Assembly: GCA_004431415.1 (NCBI GenBank)
Contig: QPMI01000590.1
Coordinates: 62,001 to 126,000 of the forward strand
Source of the DNA: Cyanophora paradoxa CCMP329
Lineage: Eukaryota; Plantae; Glaucophyta
DNA: 64,000 nt
Direction of reading: 5' to 3'
The notes under the pieces were generated by a model. That model was not told the DNA's origin. It searched no databases and worked only from the letters and a program-made list of their open reading frames with translations. Positions 12,758-24,281 of this stretch are shown here, in pieces. A program made the position numbers and the translations under genes. Position 1 is the stretch's first letter. Each line of letters starts with the position of its first letter.

Positions 12758-14921
12758 AGGCACCTGCAGCTGGGCTCCTTTTTTGCGGGCCGGGGCACGC
12801 CGCCGAAGGGCCGGGGCCGCGCCCATCGCTCCGAATCCCCCGGGCCCCGCGCGAGCAGTTTTCGTCTCGTTCGCTGTCTCATTTATCATTTTTTTGTCCT
12901 TGCGGGTCAGCCGTAGTTTTGGGCTACACTGTGACACCTGCGAGAATATTGTTTTCCGAGTATTCCTCTTCAAGGCTGTTCGGCTTCTCGATATCTTCAT
13001 CAGCATGATCGATAGCATCCACCATGATCATCATCCGATCGCAACAATCGTGTACGTGCTATAATTTGTTTGAACAGTTTATCACAGCCTTCAGCTGGCA
13101 GGTACCGGTTCGACAGTACTAGTCTTACTGATTGACACAGTATCAATAGTATATATATGAAGCTAGCTAGCCCTTTAGCATAGCAGGTCTGTCTCAACGT
13201 TTGTATGTAGACGTAGGAGCTAGCCGCAGCCTAGTCTGAATACCGTAGCTCTTTTTTCAGAAGCTGTGCAGGAGGTCAACTAAGAGAACTATGGAGGTCA
13301 GGATGGGGGGGAGGGGTCGGGGAGGGGCCTATACATGTGCATGCACGCGTGGGAGCGCGGGGACTCGCAATATTATTTAATGGTGATCATGATGTTGATT
13401 TGCGTGCGTACAAGGCCTACGTGCACGTGGGCCCTCGCGCGCCGAGTTGCCGGCGCCTGATCTCGCTTCGAATTCTTTATTTGCAAAGGTGGACGTCGCA
13501 TTAATATTCATGATCATGATCATGCACCACGGCATTTTTATCAATGTTCTACGTACGCGTAAGCGTACGTGCCCTTTCGACCGATCACTGAGTAAACTAG
13601 AGATCCGAATTCGAAGGTGCTAGCTAGTTGCCGGCGCGGCCATGGCCATGGGTCGCTGACTTGAATTCGAATTCGAATTGCGACAAATTGAATATCCACC
13701 TGCTATCATAGCTATAGTACTAGTACTAGTTGGGGAAGGGAAAATCACTTCCCCTGTCCCTGTCCCTCGGGCCCAACCCTACCCCAAATCCCATTTCCCC
13801 GACCTCCTCAAAACCCGGGCCGCGCGGTACACCCTGAAAGCCCATCCCCAGGGGACCCCGAAACCGTGTCTCCCGGTCCCGTCCGACCAAAGGGTGATCC
13901 AGGAACAGGCACCAACACCCGGGACAAAAAGGGGTCCAGCGAGGCACATGGAGCAGATATACAGGCCGGGCCAGTTCGAGGTCAATGCTTGCATTATGCC
14001 CGACATTCCGTACTGCAAGAGCGAGGCCGGGCGCGAGCGCGGTCGCGTAGGAGGACGCCGCGCGTGCTAGCCAATCGCATTGGAGAGTGCGAACTTACCC
14101 TGCGAAACCTCTTAAGGTACCCCCGGCCGCATTCTCCCCGGGCGCCGCAGCTCGGCTTGGCTCAACAATGGTTACGCCTCTCGCGCGCGCGGCAGCTTGC
14201 TGTGGCTCAGCGGCTAGCCGCGCCAGCCGCGCACGCTTCACCCGCGCCAACCGCGACCCGACGCAATTGCACAAGCCGGCCGCAAGCCGCCCGCACTTGG
14301 CCGGCTATGCCACTTGCAACAAGCCGACGCCCGCGCGGCGCGCGGAGCCCCCGCGCGCGCGATGCGCATGCCTGCTGCAGCCGGCCGCGGCGCCGCTGAT
14401 CATGAGCTGGCCCGCTGCGCGCTTTTGATCATGAGCGGAACGTGAGCTTGAGCAGCGTCCCGCGCCCGCGCCCAGATCGCGCGGAGGCCTAGGCCAGCCC
14501 CTAGCTATATAGCAACGCCGTGACGCACGTGCACCCGCAGCACATGCGCACTCGTGCACCCGCCACGCCTCACGCGCGCGAAGGCCGCGGGGCATGCGCA
14601 GCCTGGCAGGAGCTCGAGCACGTCCATATGCATGGCCAGACAAGGTTCCCTCCTCTTCCCAAGGCCCGCGCCTTACATAGCTATAGCTAGCTCGCTAGGC
14701 CCTGATCATGAAGCCTTCCTTTAAGAGGACAGCTCGCCTCGATCGCGAGGACAGCCGCTGAGCTCGCCTGGCGTGGCCAGCCTCGGCCGGAGCCGCCCCG
14801 GCGCCGCGGCGGCTCGCCGGCGCCCGGCCACGTGCACCGCGCGCGCGCCTTCTTAAGCTTAAGCGCTAACTTAAGTCCCTGCAGCTCCCCTCTGCATCTA
14901 GATCTTGGATTCGCCGAGGTT

Positions 14922-15477
14922 AGCGCATTATGCGCGGAGCGTAGAATAAGATTTGTGCGAGCCGTCAGTGCCCCAGCCGAGACTCGAAGGAATTATTATT
15001 TTTTCGCCGCACGAACCGCGGGTTCGACTCCGTAGCGCGGTCAAGGCCAAAAATAAATTCTCGCACCTTTGCATGCGAGGCCGCCGGCCAGAAGGCCGCG
15101 AAAAAAGGCGGCGGGCTGACAAGTAACAGCTCTCGGCTCCTAGACCGCCTAAGTGGGTACTAGCCTGATGAGCTAGCCTTCAGACAACGGCGAGACTTTC
15201 CGCAAGGAGGCCCTCTAAGAGCCTTGCGACGAAAAGTCCTTATAATAAAGAGCCCAGCACCGGCATCTAGGAGCCTGCCCCCATCGGCTGAGAGCCCGTG
15301 CCACTAGCTAAGAGCTGGCACCCACAGCAGAGAGCTCAGCCGCCTAAGAGCTCGGCGCAAAATTTGCGAGCTGCGCTTCCGAGAGAAGAGAGCATTTGCT
15401 CTGAGAAATCTAGCTGTCTTGCTAGAAGGCAGCACCTTAGACGTGCTGCACCTTAGTCTGCGCGAATCGCCTCGCGC
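14922..15477 (+). repeat. Split direct repeat A1
   Basis: 556 bp matching 23527-24082; one c/g difference (15005 vs 23610). Confidence 0.95.
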
Positions 15478-16322
15478 AGCAGCAGCATTCGATGTCTGCC
15501 CAGAAGCAGACCAAACGTGGCGCTAGCGCTATTGCTAGCGCCGACCAAGAAGCCGGAGTGCTGACGGAAGACGAGGCAGTCCGGCAGCCGCTGAGCATCA
15601 GCGACGCCTCAATTCGTGATTTCGGCACAGTAGCCATCCGGCGTTCTTATGCAGATTCTGAGCAGTACCGCCTGCCAGACAAGGCGGACAACGGCGTGCC
15701 GCTGGCCGCGTCCTTCGCCATTTCAGGTCAGTGGTGCCCTCCGGGGCACGTGCAGAGTAGGTGGCCCGCAGGTCGTCTGCAATTCCGGCACCTCTCTCCG
15801 CAACCACGACTCGAAGATGGCAAAGGACGCGACGCGGACCGCCGCATAGGCCAACGGCGAACATCTCAGTCCGAGTACGCGTTTTCGCCCGTTTATGCGC
15901 CATCGCGAAAAGACTGCACATCGCCGGCCCTCGTCCTTAATCCTGCCCGTGAACTCGCACATTTTTCACCTGTTGCGCGCAGTTCCTCGGGCACCGATCG
16001 TTTTCAACGGTCGGAATGCCGGTCGGCTCCGATTCCCAACACGAACAGAGCCAGGAAGCCTCCCACCCCACGCCCTCGTGTGGCGCGCCGCCTGCGCCGT
16101 GTCACTGATGGGAAAGCGTTGTCGTGGGGGACTTCGGGGGACATTAGCCCCCTATACATAAAAAGGCGCGGGCTCGGCCTTCTAAATTCGCCGCCGCCCA
16201 GCAGCCCGTGCGTAAATTCTCCTCCTTGGCGCGTACGTGCGTGGCGCGTGACCTCCAATCGGTCGTCGCAGCCTGCCGACCTCGCAGCCTCGCGCTCGCG
16301 CGCGCCTTCGGCGCTGCAGCGC

Positions 16323-19300
16323 ATGCGCAGCACATTGGAGACTGACCGCCTCCACTTAGGGGATCTCGATATAGATCCGCACCCCGAGGCGCAAAAAGCG
16401 TTGACCTTGTCGCGCGCAGATGACGCGATCAAGCTCATGAAATCTCCGGAGCTGCTCGAAGGGGCCGTCACCCAGTTCCAGCTCTCCCACGGCCGGCCGC
16501 TCACAGTGGGCCGTGTCGCCCCGACTCGCAACCAAGTCGTCTTCTGCCAAATCTTTCCTCTGGACATGAAGAAACATGGCGACACCGTCCTGTTTGTGCG
16601 CTCACAGAGCCCCTCTCCGTTACCTGCCGAGCTGCAGCTGACTGCAGCTGAACGCAGCATTCGATCACGGCGCGTGAACCGGCCCCGGACAGTGGCCTGC
16701 AGCGCTTCTACTTCATGCGTACAGTGGGCGCCCCGTTCCATATCGTCACGGACGCGGAGGACCCGAGTGCCTGTGTGGCGCCTCACGAGGGCGAACCTTT
16801 CCGGTGCACCTGCGAACGCCCCCTGCTCGTTGCGGTTGGAACCGACAACCAATTTTTCGAGCAGGAGCTTCCACGTTCCTGACGGCGCACCCAACGAGCA
16901 CCAGCTCCACCCTTGCGAGCTGGTCGGACTGATTTCGGCTGGCATCGCCTACTTGGTCAACGGCTTCCCGGGCGACACGAAGCGCCGCTCGGCAGCAGAG
17001 CTTGCCAAGCTGGTGATCCCGGAGCAGCGCCCATTCATGGCTCCGATCCTGACCTGGCTTGGGGAACTGGTACCACCCCCTCACACGCCCGCACGGCGTA
17101 GCAACGGCCAGGGCCGCTCACGAATAAACAGATCACGCGGCGCCTGGCCGGTACGGAGGGCGAAGCCCTTCGGAGCTACGCAGCATGCCCCACGGCGGCC
17201 TGGGCGGTGGCATTCGACGGTCTTGATGCCTTGGACCCCAGTGCCGACGCCGACTTCGGGATTCCCGAATCTGCGGTGCGGAGCCAATTGCAATTGCAAA
17301 ACGCTCAACTTTATTTTCGAACTGAATTTCGATCATACTCAGGACGCAGCGGCTGTCATCCAGGCGATGGCGACGCCGCCCGTCACTGAGCAACGGCTCA
17401 AAGGCGCCGCCGATCTGATCTTCCTGACCATCACGAGCGGCGCCAAGGAAGCCCGTGCCGCGAGGCAATCTGCCGTCGCAGCCCGTGCCGGTGGTGCGAT
17501 TTTGGATTGGGAAACGTGGATTTTTCTAGCGAAATTTGCTGCGGTGTTGCTGAAACCCGACAATTTTGCAGACAAGCAATCCGCGGACGCGGCCAAGGCC
17601 CCCGAGACTGCCAAGTCCGGGAAGGCTCAGAAGGCTCCCAAGACCACCAAGGCCGCGAAGGCGCCGAAGGCAAAGCCGGGGCCCAAGCCCGGCGCCAACA
17701 AGCGCAAGGAGCCACCAGCGGCGGAGCAGCCGATGGATGAGGACATGGAGGATGTCGAGGAGCCGAGCGTGGAGCAGCAGCCGGCCCCACAGCGCCGCCC
17801 GCTGTTCCCAGCCGCCCGGCGCCCTTTCCGCGTGGATGGGCTCCCTGCCATCCCGCGTAAGCAGGGGGCCCCCCCGTCGGGCCCCCGCCCTCTTTTTGGC
17901 GACGCCAACCGCCGGGGCGCGCCGGTGCGTTCTCGCCCCCGCGCCTTCCCGCAAAACGCCACGCAACCAACTTCGAGTCAGGTTGCGGCGGCGCGGTCCT
18001 CAGCCCCGCGCGAAACCGCCCGCCCGAATTCGAACGCGGCGGGTGGGAACTCAAGCATGGGAGGCAACATGGGTGGCGGTGCGCCCCCACCCCCTGAGCG
18101 CCCCTGCCGCCTTCCTCGCAGTCACGAACTTGACGCCCCACCAGCTTTTGCGAGCGACTCCTGGCAGCAGGAGGCGTGGGAGGAAGTCCCCCACGACGAG
18201 GACGACCCCATCGAGGAGGACGGCGAGGCGGAGGATATGTACGGCCCCGAGCCTTTCGGGGCCCACGGCCACGGCCAGCCCTGGGGCGGGCCGGTGCAGC
18301 CCTCGGCCCCTTGGCCGGCCCCGGCGCCGCAGCTCAACTTCCAGGGCGGCGCCAGCTCCGCCCCGTTCGCCCCGTCCTTCTCGTGGCCGTTCCAGGCGAC
18401 GGCCCCCACGGCGCCCAACTCCAGCCCCGCGGCTGACGCCACGCGCGCCCAGCACGGCCTGCCCTCAACGGCGGTCTCCGGCGAACAGCTGCGGCTGGTG
18501 CTCGAGCAGTTCGCCACCTCCTACCAGCACACAGTGCAGTGCTTCAAGGACGGCCGCATCGGCACCAAGCTGGTGCCCTCCGACAACCCTGCTGTCGCTG
18601 ACTGGGCAAAGGGCGGTGCAGCGATCGGTACCCAGCTGCTGGACGCCGGCTTCAGCACGGTGCTGCTGCTCATGCAGCAGGCCTTTGGCAGCGGCTCCTA
18701 CGCCGCCCTCCTCGCTGATCTGGAGGCGCGTGACGTGATCATGCAACGGCTGCGCGCCGCCGGCGCCCCCCACGACCTGCTGTCCTTCATGGCGACTCAC
18801 TTCGCCAATCTCGAGGCGACCCACATCGGGCTCCGCACGGCCTCCCGCGGCATCGTCGGCCTTCGCGCCCTTCTTCTCCCCACCGCGCCCTCGGCCCTCA
18901 ACATCGACCGCGCGGCGGCCAGCCCTGAGCTTCTGCGCTCACGGGGTTCAGTACGCGATTCCGATGGAGCCCCCGCCCCCTGGCAATTGGCTGATTTCCC
19001 AACCCCGGCAGGCCTCAGAGCTGCTGAAGGAGTCGGCGGGCTACGGCCTCGCGGGCGCACAGCACTGGCAGCGGCTCGAGGGAAGCGAGGCAGCCCTCAA
19101 GGACGCCCGCAAGGCGACGCCCACGCTGGTGTCTTCGCCAGCGGACTTCGTGGCCAGCACCACGACCGGTTCGCGCCCTTCGAAGTTATAGAATCTGCTT
19201 TGTCTGACGGATGCCTGAATGTGCAGCATCTGCAGCCGCCGCCGTCGCCTCGTACCCTCACAGCCAGCCCGCGGCCGCTGCCTGGGGCGCTGGCCCCTTC

Positions 19301-19558
19301 GGCTGGGCCCCCGGGGGCCAGGTGTACTCGGGCGGCCATCATTATCCCCCGGGACCCCCCTTCTACCCGGGGCAGCCCGGCGCTGGCCAACAGCAGGCCG
19401 GCGCCGGTGGCTTCCGCTTCCGCGGACGACGCGGAGGAGGCCCCGGACCTCGTGGTCCGGGCGCCGGCGGCGCCGGCACTCAGCAGCACGGCGGCGGCCC
19501 CGGCCGCGGCGCTGGCCCGGCCCACGGAACTGGCACCCAAGCCCCGCGGGGTGGCTGA
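16323..19558 (+). CDS. ORF1 (gag-like) of the YR retrotransposon, interrupted by about 9 predicted spliceosomal introns
   Basis: TATA-like ctatacataaaa at ~16153 and ATG at 16323 (MRSTLETD). Predicted GT-AG introns: 16596-16657, 16804-16864, 17070-17131, 17276-17342, 17494-17571, 17925-17981, 18079-18144, ~18855-18951 (donor uncertain), 19169-19226. The spliced product ends in a G/P/Q- and RGG-rich tail at TGA 19556-19558. The gag identity is inferred from position only. Confidence 0.6.
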
Positions 19559-19703
19559 GGAGGCCCCCGCTGCAGCTCGGCGCCCTTCGAGGCCGCCTAG
19601 GGCCCCTGCCGACCTCCCTTCCCGCAGATTTGCGGTTCGAAACATAGAGTCGTCGGCTCCTGCGGCAGATGTAGGCGCCCAGACCTGGGATTTAAATACA
19701 TCA

Positions 19704-21809
19704 ATGATTTGGAACCCGCTGCCTGCCGCTGCCTTGCCGAGAGCACCGATGGCGCCTCCGTCGCATAACGAATTTGCATTATTACGAGAATTTGTGAGAG
19801 GGCACGGTGATCCCGGCCCCTACAATTTTGCAAGGCATGAGGCCAACTTCCGGGCGGGGCAACTCACGCGTTTTGCTAACGCGTGGAGAGCTCATTTCCG
19901 CGCGGTCGGCACCGAGCTGCCATCGTGGATAGGACTTGTCATCCGCACTGGCTTGCGCCTGCCCCTCCAGGCATCTCCCGACAGGCCCGTTGCGTCCATT
20001 GACGACCTGCCCGAGTCGGCGGCCGAGCGGCCTCGCCCCTCGTGCTTTAAAACGCCCGAGCACACCATCTTTGTCGACCGCGAAGTCGACGCCATGGTGA
20101 GACTCGGCGTGGTGAGACTTGCGACAATAGAGGACGTCCTCCGCACGCGACATGTCTGTGCTCTTCATGTAGTTGATAAGAGCGGTCCAGACAAGTTTCG
20201 GTTGTGTTTAGACGCAACGCCTGTGAACGGATACATTACTTGCAAGCCGTTCCAGTACCAGTCGCTCGACCAGGTGGCCCCGCTGCTCACGCCGGGCTGC
20301 TGGATGGTCAAGTACGATTTGCGCAAAGGCTACTACCACCTTGCGCTGCACCCGGACACGCAACGCCTGCTGACTTTTCGTTGGCGCGGCCGTCTGTACG
20401 TGTACCAAGCGCTGTGCTTCGGCGTGAACGTCGCTTGCCGCGTCTTCACAAAGCTCATGCGCGCCTTCGCAAAATACTGGGCCGCTTTAGGTGTGCGTCT
20501 GTGCACCTACATCGACGACGGGCTTTTCATCTGCCCCTCTCGAGAAGCTGCTGAGCTAGTCTCGCAGCATCTGCGTTGGCTTGCCCCGCAGCTCGGACTG
20601 GTGTTTTCGTCGAAGTCCGATTTTACGCCCACTCAAGTGACAGAGTATCTCGGGCTCGAAATCGACACCCGCCCGGAGCGCGGTGTGTTCACTGTCACCC
20701 CAAGGAAAGTCGCAAAGATTACGGCCCTCATAGATGAGACCCTCTCGGCCCCGGCGGCCTCGATTCGCGCACTCCAGCGCCTTGCCGGCAAGCTCATCGC
20801 GTTGCGCATGGCCTTCCCGGCGGCCCGCCTCATGACCCGGCCTGTTTTTGCAGCGCTGGCGGCCGCCGAGACCAGGGGCCTCACCCCGTTCGATCCCTCT
20901 GCGGTACCTGTCCAAGGCGCACTGAAGGAAGCCCTCGTGTGGGTGCAGCGGGTCCTGCCGACTCGGCCTCATCATCCCATCTGGGAGCCCCTGCGATTTT
21001 TCAGGCTGTTCACGGACGCCTCCGGTTTCGGCTTTGCGGCCTTCTTGGATTGTGGAGAAGGTGCCCAACCTCGCGACGAGCGTCAGGGAGACGCTTGGTC
21101 CACATGGGGCACTTTCCCTCCGGAGCTGCGTTCGACAGCCATTCCAAAAGTTTCGAGTAACGAGCGCGAACTTCGCGCCGTACTGGCCGCCGCGCGCGAC
21201 CTTTTCCCCCGGCTGCCACAGGGCGCCAAGGTCTTTCTGCGCTCGGATAACTCGACGACCGTAGCCGCAGTGGGAAAAGGCAGCTCCGCCCCGCACTTAT
21301 TCGAGTTGTGCGTCGAGCTTTGGCACCGCTGCGCCGAGCTCAACATTATCCTTTGCGCTCGGCACATTCCCGGCATACGGAACTGTTGGGCAGACGCCGC
21401 CTCGCGTGAGCTTTGCCCGCGACTCCACCGTGAACTTTTCGTGGCCGCCTGCCGGGCAGCAGGATGCAAGCTCATACATGAGCACGTCGCCGACGACGAC
21501 AGCACCTGGCTCGCGGCCACCCGCCCCGACCGCACGGCTCTCTTAACGGTCGACTCGCGCCTCCGTGCGCGACTGATCGCGTCATTAGCGTTGCAACCGC
21601 CCACGGCGCCGCTGGCCCTTCTCTTGCCCTGGCAGCCCAGCACAACTTGGGCGGTGGCGCTAGCGGACCTCTGGCGGGACCCCGCAGTTCAGGCGGCGTC
21701 ACTCCGTCCGCGGCCAGCGCATGCCTTCTTCGCGAAACCGAAGCAGGCAAACTGCATCGGCCTCGGGCGCTGCCCGTGGCCTTTCGTACTGACGTGGTGG
21801 CAGGCGTAA
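19704..21809 (+). CDS. Reverse transcriptase + RNase H + degenerate methyltransferase-like tail (pol) of the YR retrotransposon
   Basis: DIRS-type RT motifs KFRLCLD, KYDLRKGYYH, LCFG..FTK, YIDD, EYLG. RNase H motifs LFTDASGFG, RELRAV, SDNST, HIPGIRNCWADAASR. The frame is continuous with the upstream 15492-21809 ORF; the true start is uncertain. Confidence 0.92.
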   Translation: MIWNPLPAAALPRAPMAPPSHNEFALLREFVRGHGDPGPYNFARHEANFRAGQLTRFANAWRAHFRAVGTELPSWIGLVIRTGLRLPLQASPDRPVASIDDLPESAAERPRPSCFKTPEHTIFVDREVDAMVRLGVVRLATIEDVLRTRHVCALHVVDKSGPDKFRLCLDATPVNGYITCKPFQYQSLDQVAPLLTPGCWMVKYDLRKGYYHLALHPDTQRLLTFRWRGRLYVYQALCFGVNVACRVFTKLMRAFAKYWAALGVRLCTYIDDGLFICPSREAAELVSQHLRWLAPQLGLVFSSKSDFTPTQVTEYLGLEIDTRPERGVFTVTPRKVAKITALIDETLSAPAASIRALQRLAGKLIALRMAFPAARLMTRPVFAALAAAETRGLTPFDPSAVPVQGALKEALVWVQRVLPTRPHHPIWEPLRFFRLFTDASGFGFAAFLDCGEGAQPRDERQGDAWSTWGTFPPELRSTAIPKVSSNERELRAVLAAARDLFPRLPQGAKVFLRSDNSTTVAAVGKGSSAPHLFELCVELWHRCAELNIILCARHIPGIRNCWADAASRELCPRLHRELFVAACRAAGCKLIHEHVADDDSTWLAATRPDRTALLTVDSRLRARLIASLALQPPTAPLALLLPWQPSTTWAVALADLWRDPAVQAASLRPRPAHAFFAKPKQANCIGLGRCPWPFVLTWWQA

Positions 21810-22004
21810 CGTTAAACGCCGACCACCGCCTACACGCAATATATATATATATAGATGCAGATATATATATAACTCGATCGTATACATCCGCAAAATTATA
21901 TATGTAGTCTTGAAGACGTCGACGCGGAGCACGTGGCTGATGTGCACGGTCGTCTCCCGCGCGCAGGCCCGCCGGCACCACGCGCACGACGCACGGCTCG
22001 CCTC

Positions 22005-22997
22005 ATGATCAGTGATGCCCTTGCGGAACTCGCGCGCTGGCGGGAGGCGGCCTGGGCCGCCCGCACCAACCAAGCAGCGACCCGCGTCTGGCGACGTTAC
22101 CTCGACTTCTTGGCAACGACGCCGGGCAAGTGGCACCCCGCCGACGAGAAAGCGGTCCTGCTCTTCCTGGCGTCCGCGGCCCATTCAAGGAACGAGGCGA
22201 CTGGACAGCCTCTGGCCCCCAGCACGATCCAGGGCATGGCGGCTCACATCTGGCGCATTCTCAAGGCCGAGCGCCTCATTGACCCCAACGAGCCCCGTTC
22301 TTGGGAGTACCTGCGCGCGATCCGGGGCATGACTCGGGCGCTGGGTCGCCCCCCGGCGCAAAAGCGACCCCTCGGGCTATCCCAGCTCCTCTCCTGGACC
22401 AACACGGCCGAGTTCCAGGCCCTGGCCCCTTTTGACAGGCTGTCGCGCCTGGCGCTAATGTCGCTTGGAATCAGCGGCCTCCTCCGGATCTCCGAGGTTG
22501 CCGCTCTTCGTCAGGGCGACGTCGTTCCCGTCCGATCGTCAAGCGGGCGAGTGCTTCTGCGTGTCACGGTTGCACGCTCAAAGACGGACCAAGTTGGTCA
22601 CGGCGAGCACATCCTGGTCGCGTCAGCGCCAGCCGCGGGCCGAGCCTGCCCGGTTCGGGCGACAGCAACGTACGTCAACGCGGTCAACCGCATTTACGGC
22701 CCCCGCCCGCCTTCGGCTCCATTTTTTCTGCGCGGCCCCCCGGGTGCCGCTGGAAGCTACACGGACGATCTCGGCCGCGCCATCATTAAGCAGTGCGCTT
22801 GTGACCTCGGGCTTGATCCGGATGACTACTCGGGTCATAGCCTTCGACGCGGCGGCGCCCGTTCGGCGGCGCGAGGTGGCGCCTCCGCCACATGGCTGCG
22901 CCGCCACGGCCGCTGGGCGCTGACCTCAATGGTCCCTCAGCGCTATGTTGACGACTACACTCTCGCAATTGAGACCGAGGGCGTTGCTTTCGCCTAG
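22005..22997 (+). CDS. Tyrosine recombinase of the YR retrotransposon
   Basis: Catalytic residues present: GLLRISE (R), SKTDQ (K), GHSLRRGGA (HxxR), HGRW (W), RYV (Y). First in-frame ATG is at 22005; the ORF is open from 21933. Confidence 0.95.
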   Translation: MISDALAELARWREAAWAARTNQAATRVWRRYLDFLATTPGKWHPADEKAVLLFLASAAHSRNEATGQPLAPSTIQGMAAHIWRILKAERLIDPNEPRSWEYLRAIRGMTRALGRPPAQKRPLGLSQLLSWTNTAEFQALAPFDRLSRLALMSLGISGLLRISEVAALRQGDVVPVRSSSGRVLLRVTVARSKTDQVGHGEHILVASAPAAGRACPVRATATYVNAVNRIYGPRPPSAPFFLRGPPGAAGSYTDDLGRAIIKQCACDLGLDPDDYSGHSLRRGGARSAARGGASATWLRRHGRWALTSMVPQRYVDDYTLAIETEGVAFA

Positions 22998-23081
22998 GGA
23001 TCTTGTGCTTTCAATGTACATGACTCACAATCGAACTTGTATATTGATCGAGCTGCTGCTGCTTGAGACCTGGCTTGTGTT

Positions 23082-23527
23082 TGGTGTGTGCCCGGCGGGC
23101 GAAGCCCGCCGGCCCCACCTTCTAATTTCCCTAAGCCTTGATCGCTGCACTTACCAGCGATCGCTGTACCCCTCTTCCCGCGACGGTACCCCGATCACGG
23201 GAGCAGGACTAGCCTGAGGTTCCCGCCTGACGGCACGAACCTGGGGGTACAGCATTTTCTCCCAACTCGCAGTAGCTCGTTAGAAAAAAGCACTTGATGT
23301 CGACCCCTGGGGAAGCATCAGCCGGTATCCTCGGCTTGAGAGGACTGATAAACCGTGATTTCAACACGGTGGAAGGCCCTCTCCGGTTCGCGTCGCGAAC
23401 CGTGCTCCCCAACTGCAAAGTAGACAGAAACGCAGTTGATGGTAGAGAAAAGTGAAATATTCTAGTGTGTTCAAATAATCTAGTACATCTCGAGTACGGC
23501 GAAAAAGCACGTGAGGCCACGCATAAA
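23082..23527 (+). repeat. Split direct repeat B1
   Basis: 446 bp repeated at 24282-24727 (offset 1200); starts with the hairpin ccggcgggc-gaa-gcccgccgg. Confidence 0.95.
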
Positions 23528-24082
23528 GCGCATTATGCGCGGAGCGTAGAATAAGATTTGTGCGAGCCGTCAGTGCCCCAGCCGAGACTCGAAGGAATTA
23601 TTATTTTTTGGCCGCACGAACCGCGGGTTCGACTCCGTAGCGCGGTCAAGGCCAAAAATAAATTCTCGCACCTTTGCATGCGAGGCCGCCGGCCAGAAGG
23701 CCGCGAAAAAAGGCGGCGGGCTGACAAGTAACAGCTCTCGGCTCCTAGACCGCCTAAGTGGGTACTAGCCTGATGAGCTAGCCTTCAGACAACGGCGAGA
23801 CTTTCCGCAAGGAGGCCCTCTAAGAGCCTTGCGACGAAAAGTCCTTATAATAAAGAGCCCAGCACCGGCATCTAGGAGCCTGCCCCCATCGGCTGAGAGC
23901 CCGTGCCACTAGCTAAGAGCTGGCACCCACAGCAGAGAGCTCAGCCGCCTAAGAGCTCGGCGCAAAATTTGCGAGCTGCGCTTCCGAGAGAAGAGAGCAT
24001 TTGCTCTGAGAAATCTAGCTGTCTTGCTAGAAGGCAGCACCTTAGACGTGCTGCACCTTAGTCTGCGCGAATCGCCTCGCGC
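23527..24082 (+). repeat. Split direct repeat A2
   Basis: Copy of 14922-15477, directly abutting B1 at the junction gcataaa|gcgcatt. Confidence 0.95.
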
Positions 24083-24281
24083 CCACCCACCCACACCTCT
24101 AGAGATCGAGCCCCATTGGAGTTCGCTCCAGGGGACAGGGCAGGAGGATATGGCAAAGTCAAACTCGTTTTTCGCGACGACCTGTTTTCAAAACGGCCGC
24201 GCTTCGAGATTTACACTCCTTTCTTAAGGATAGTACTTTGCTGGCATTCTGAACCTGGCCCCCACGTTCAGTCATGCGGTG

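Noticed and set aside
13-13064. Numerous long overlapping Arg/Pro/Gly/Ala-rich ORFs on both strands (also 40476-51028)
   Set aside because: These are shadow frames caused by very high GC content and read-through of GC-rich introns; they show no domain-like content.
15492-21809. A single 2105-aa polyprotein as given by the ORF track
   Set aside because: The first ~280 codons precede a TATA-like box and the likely ATG, and the frame crosses multiple intron-like segments. It is better modelled as a spliced ORF1 plus pol; the open frame is kept as a finding.
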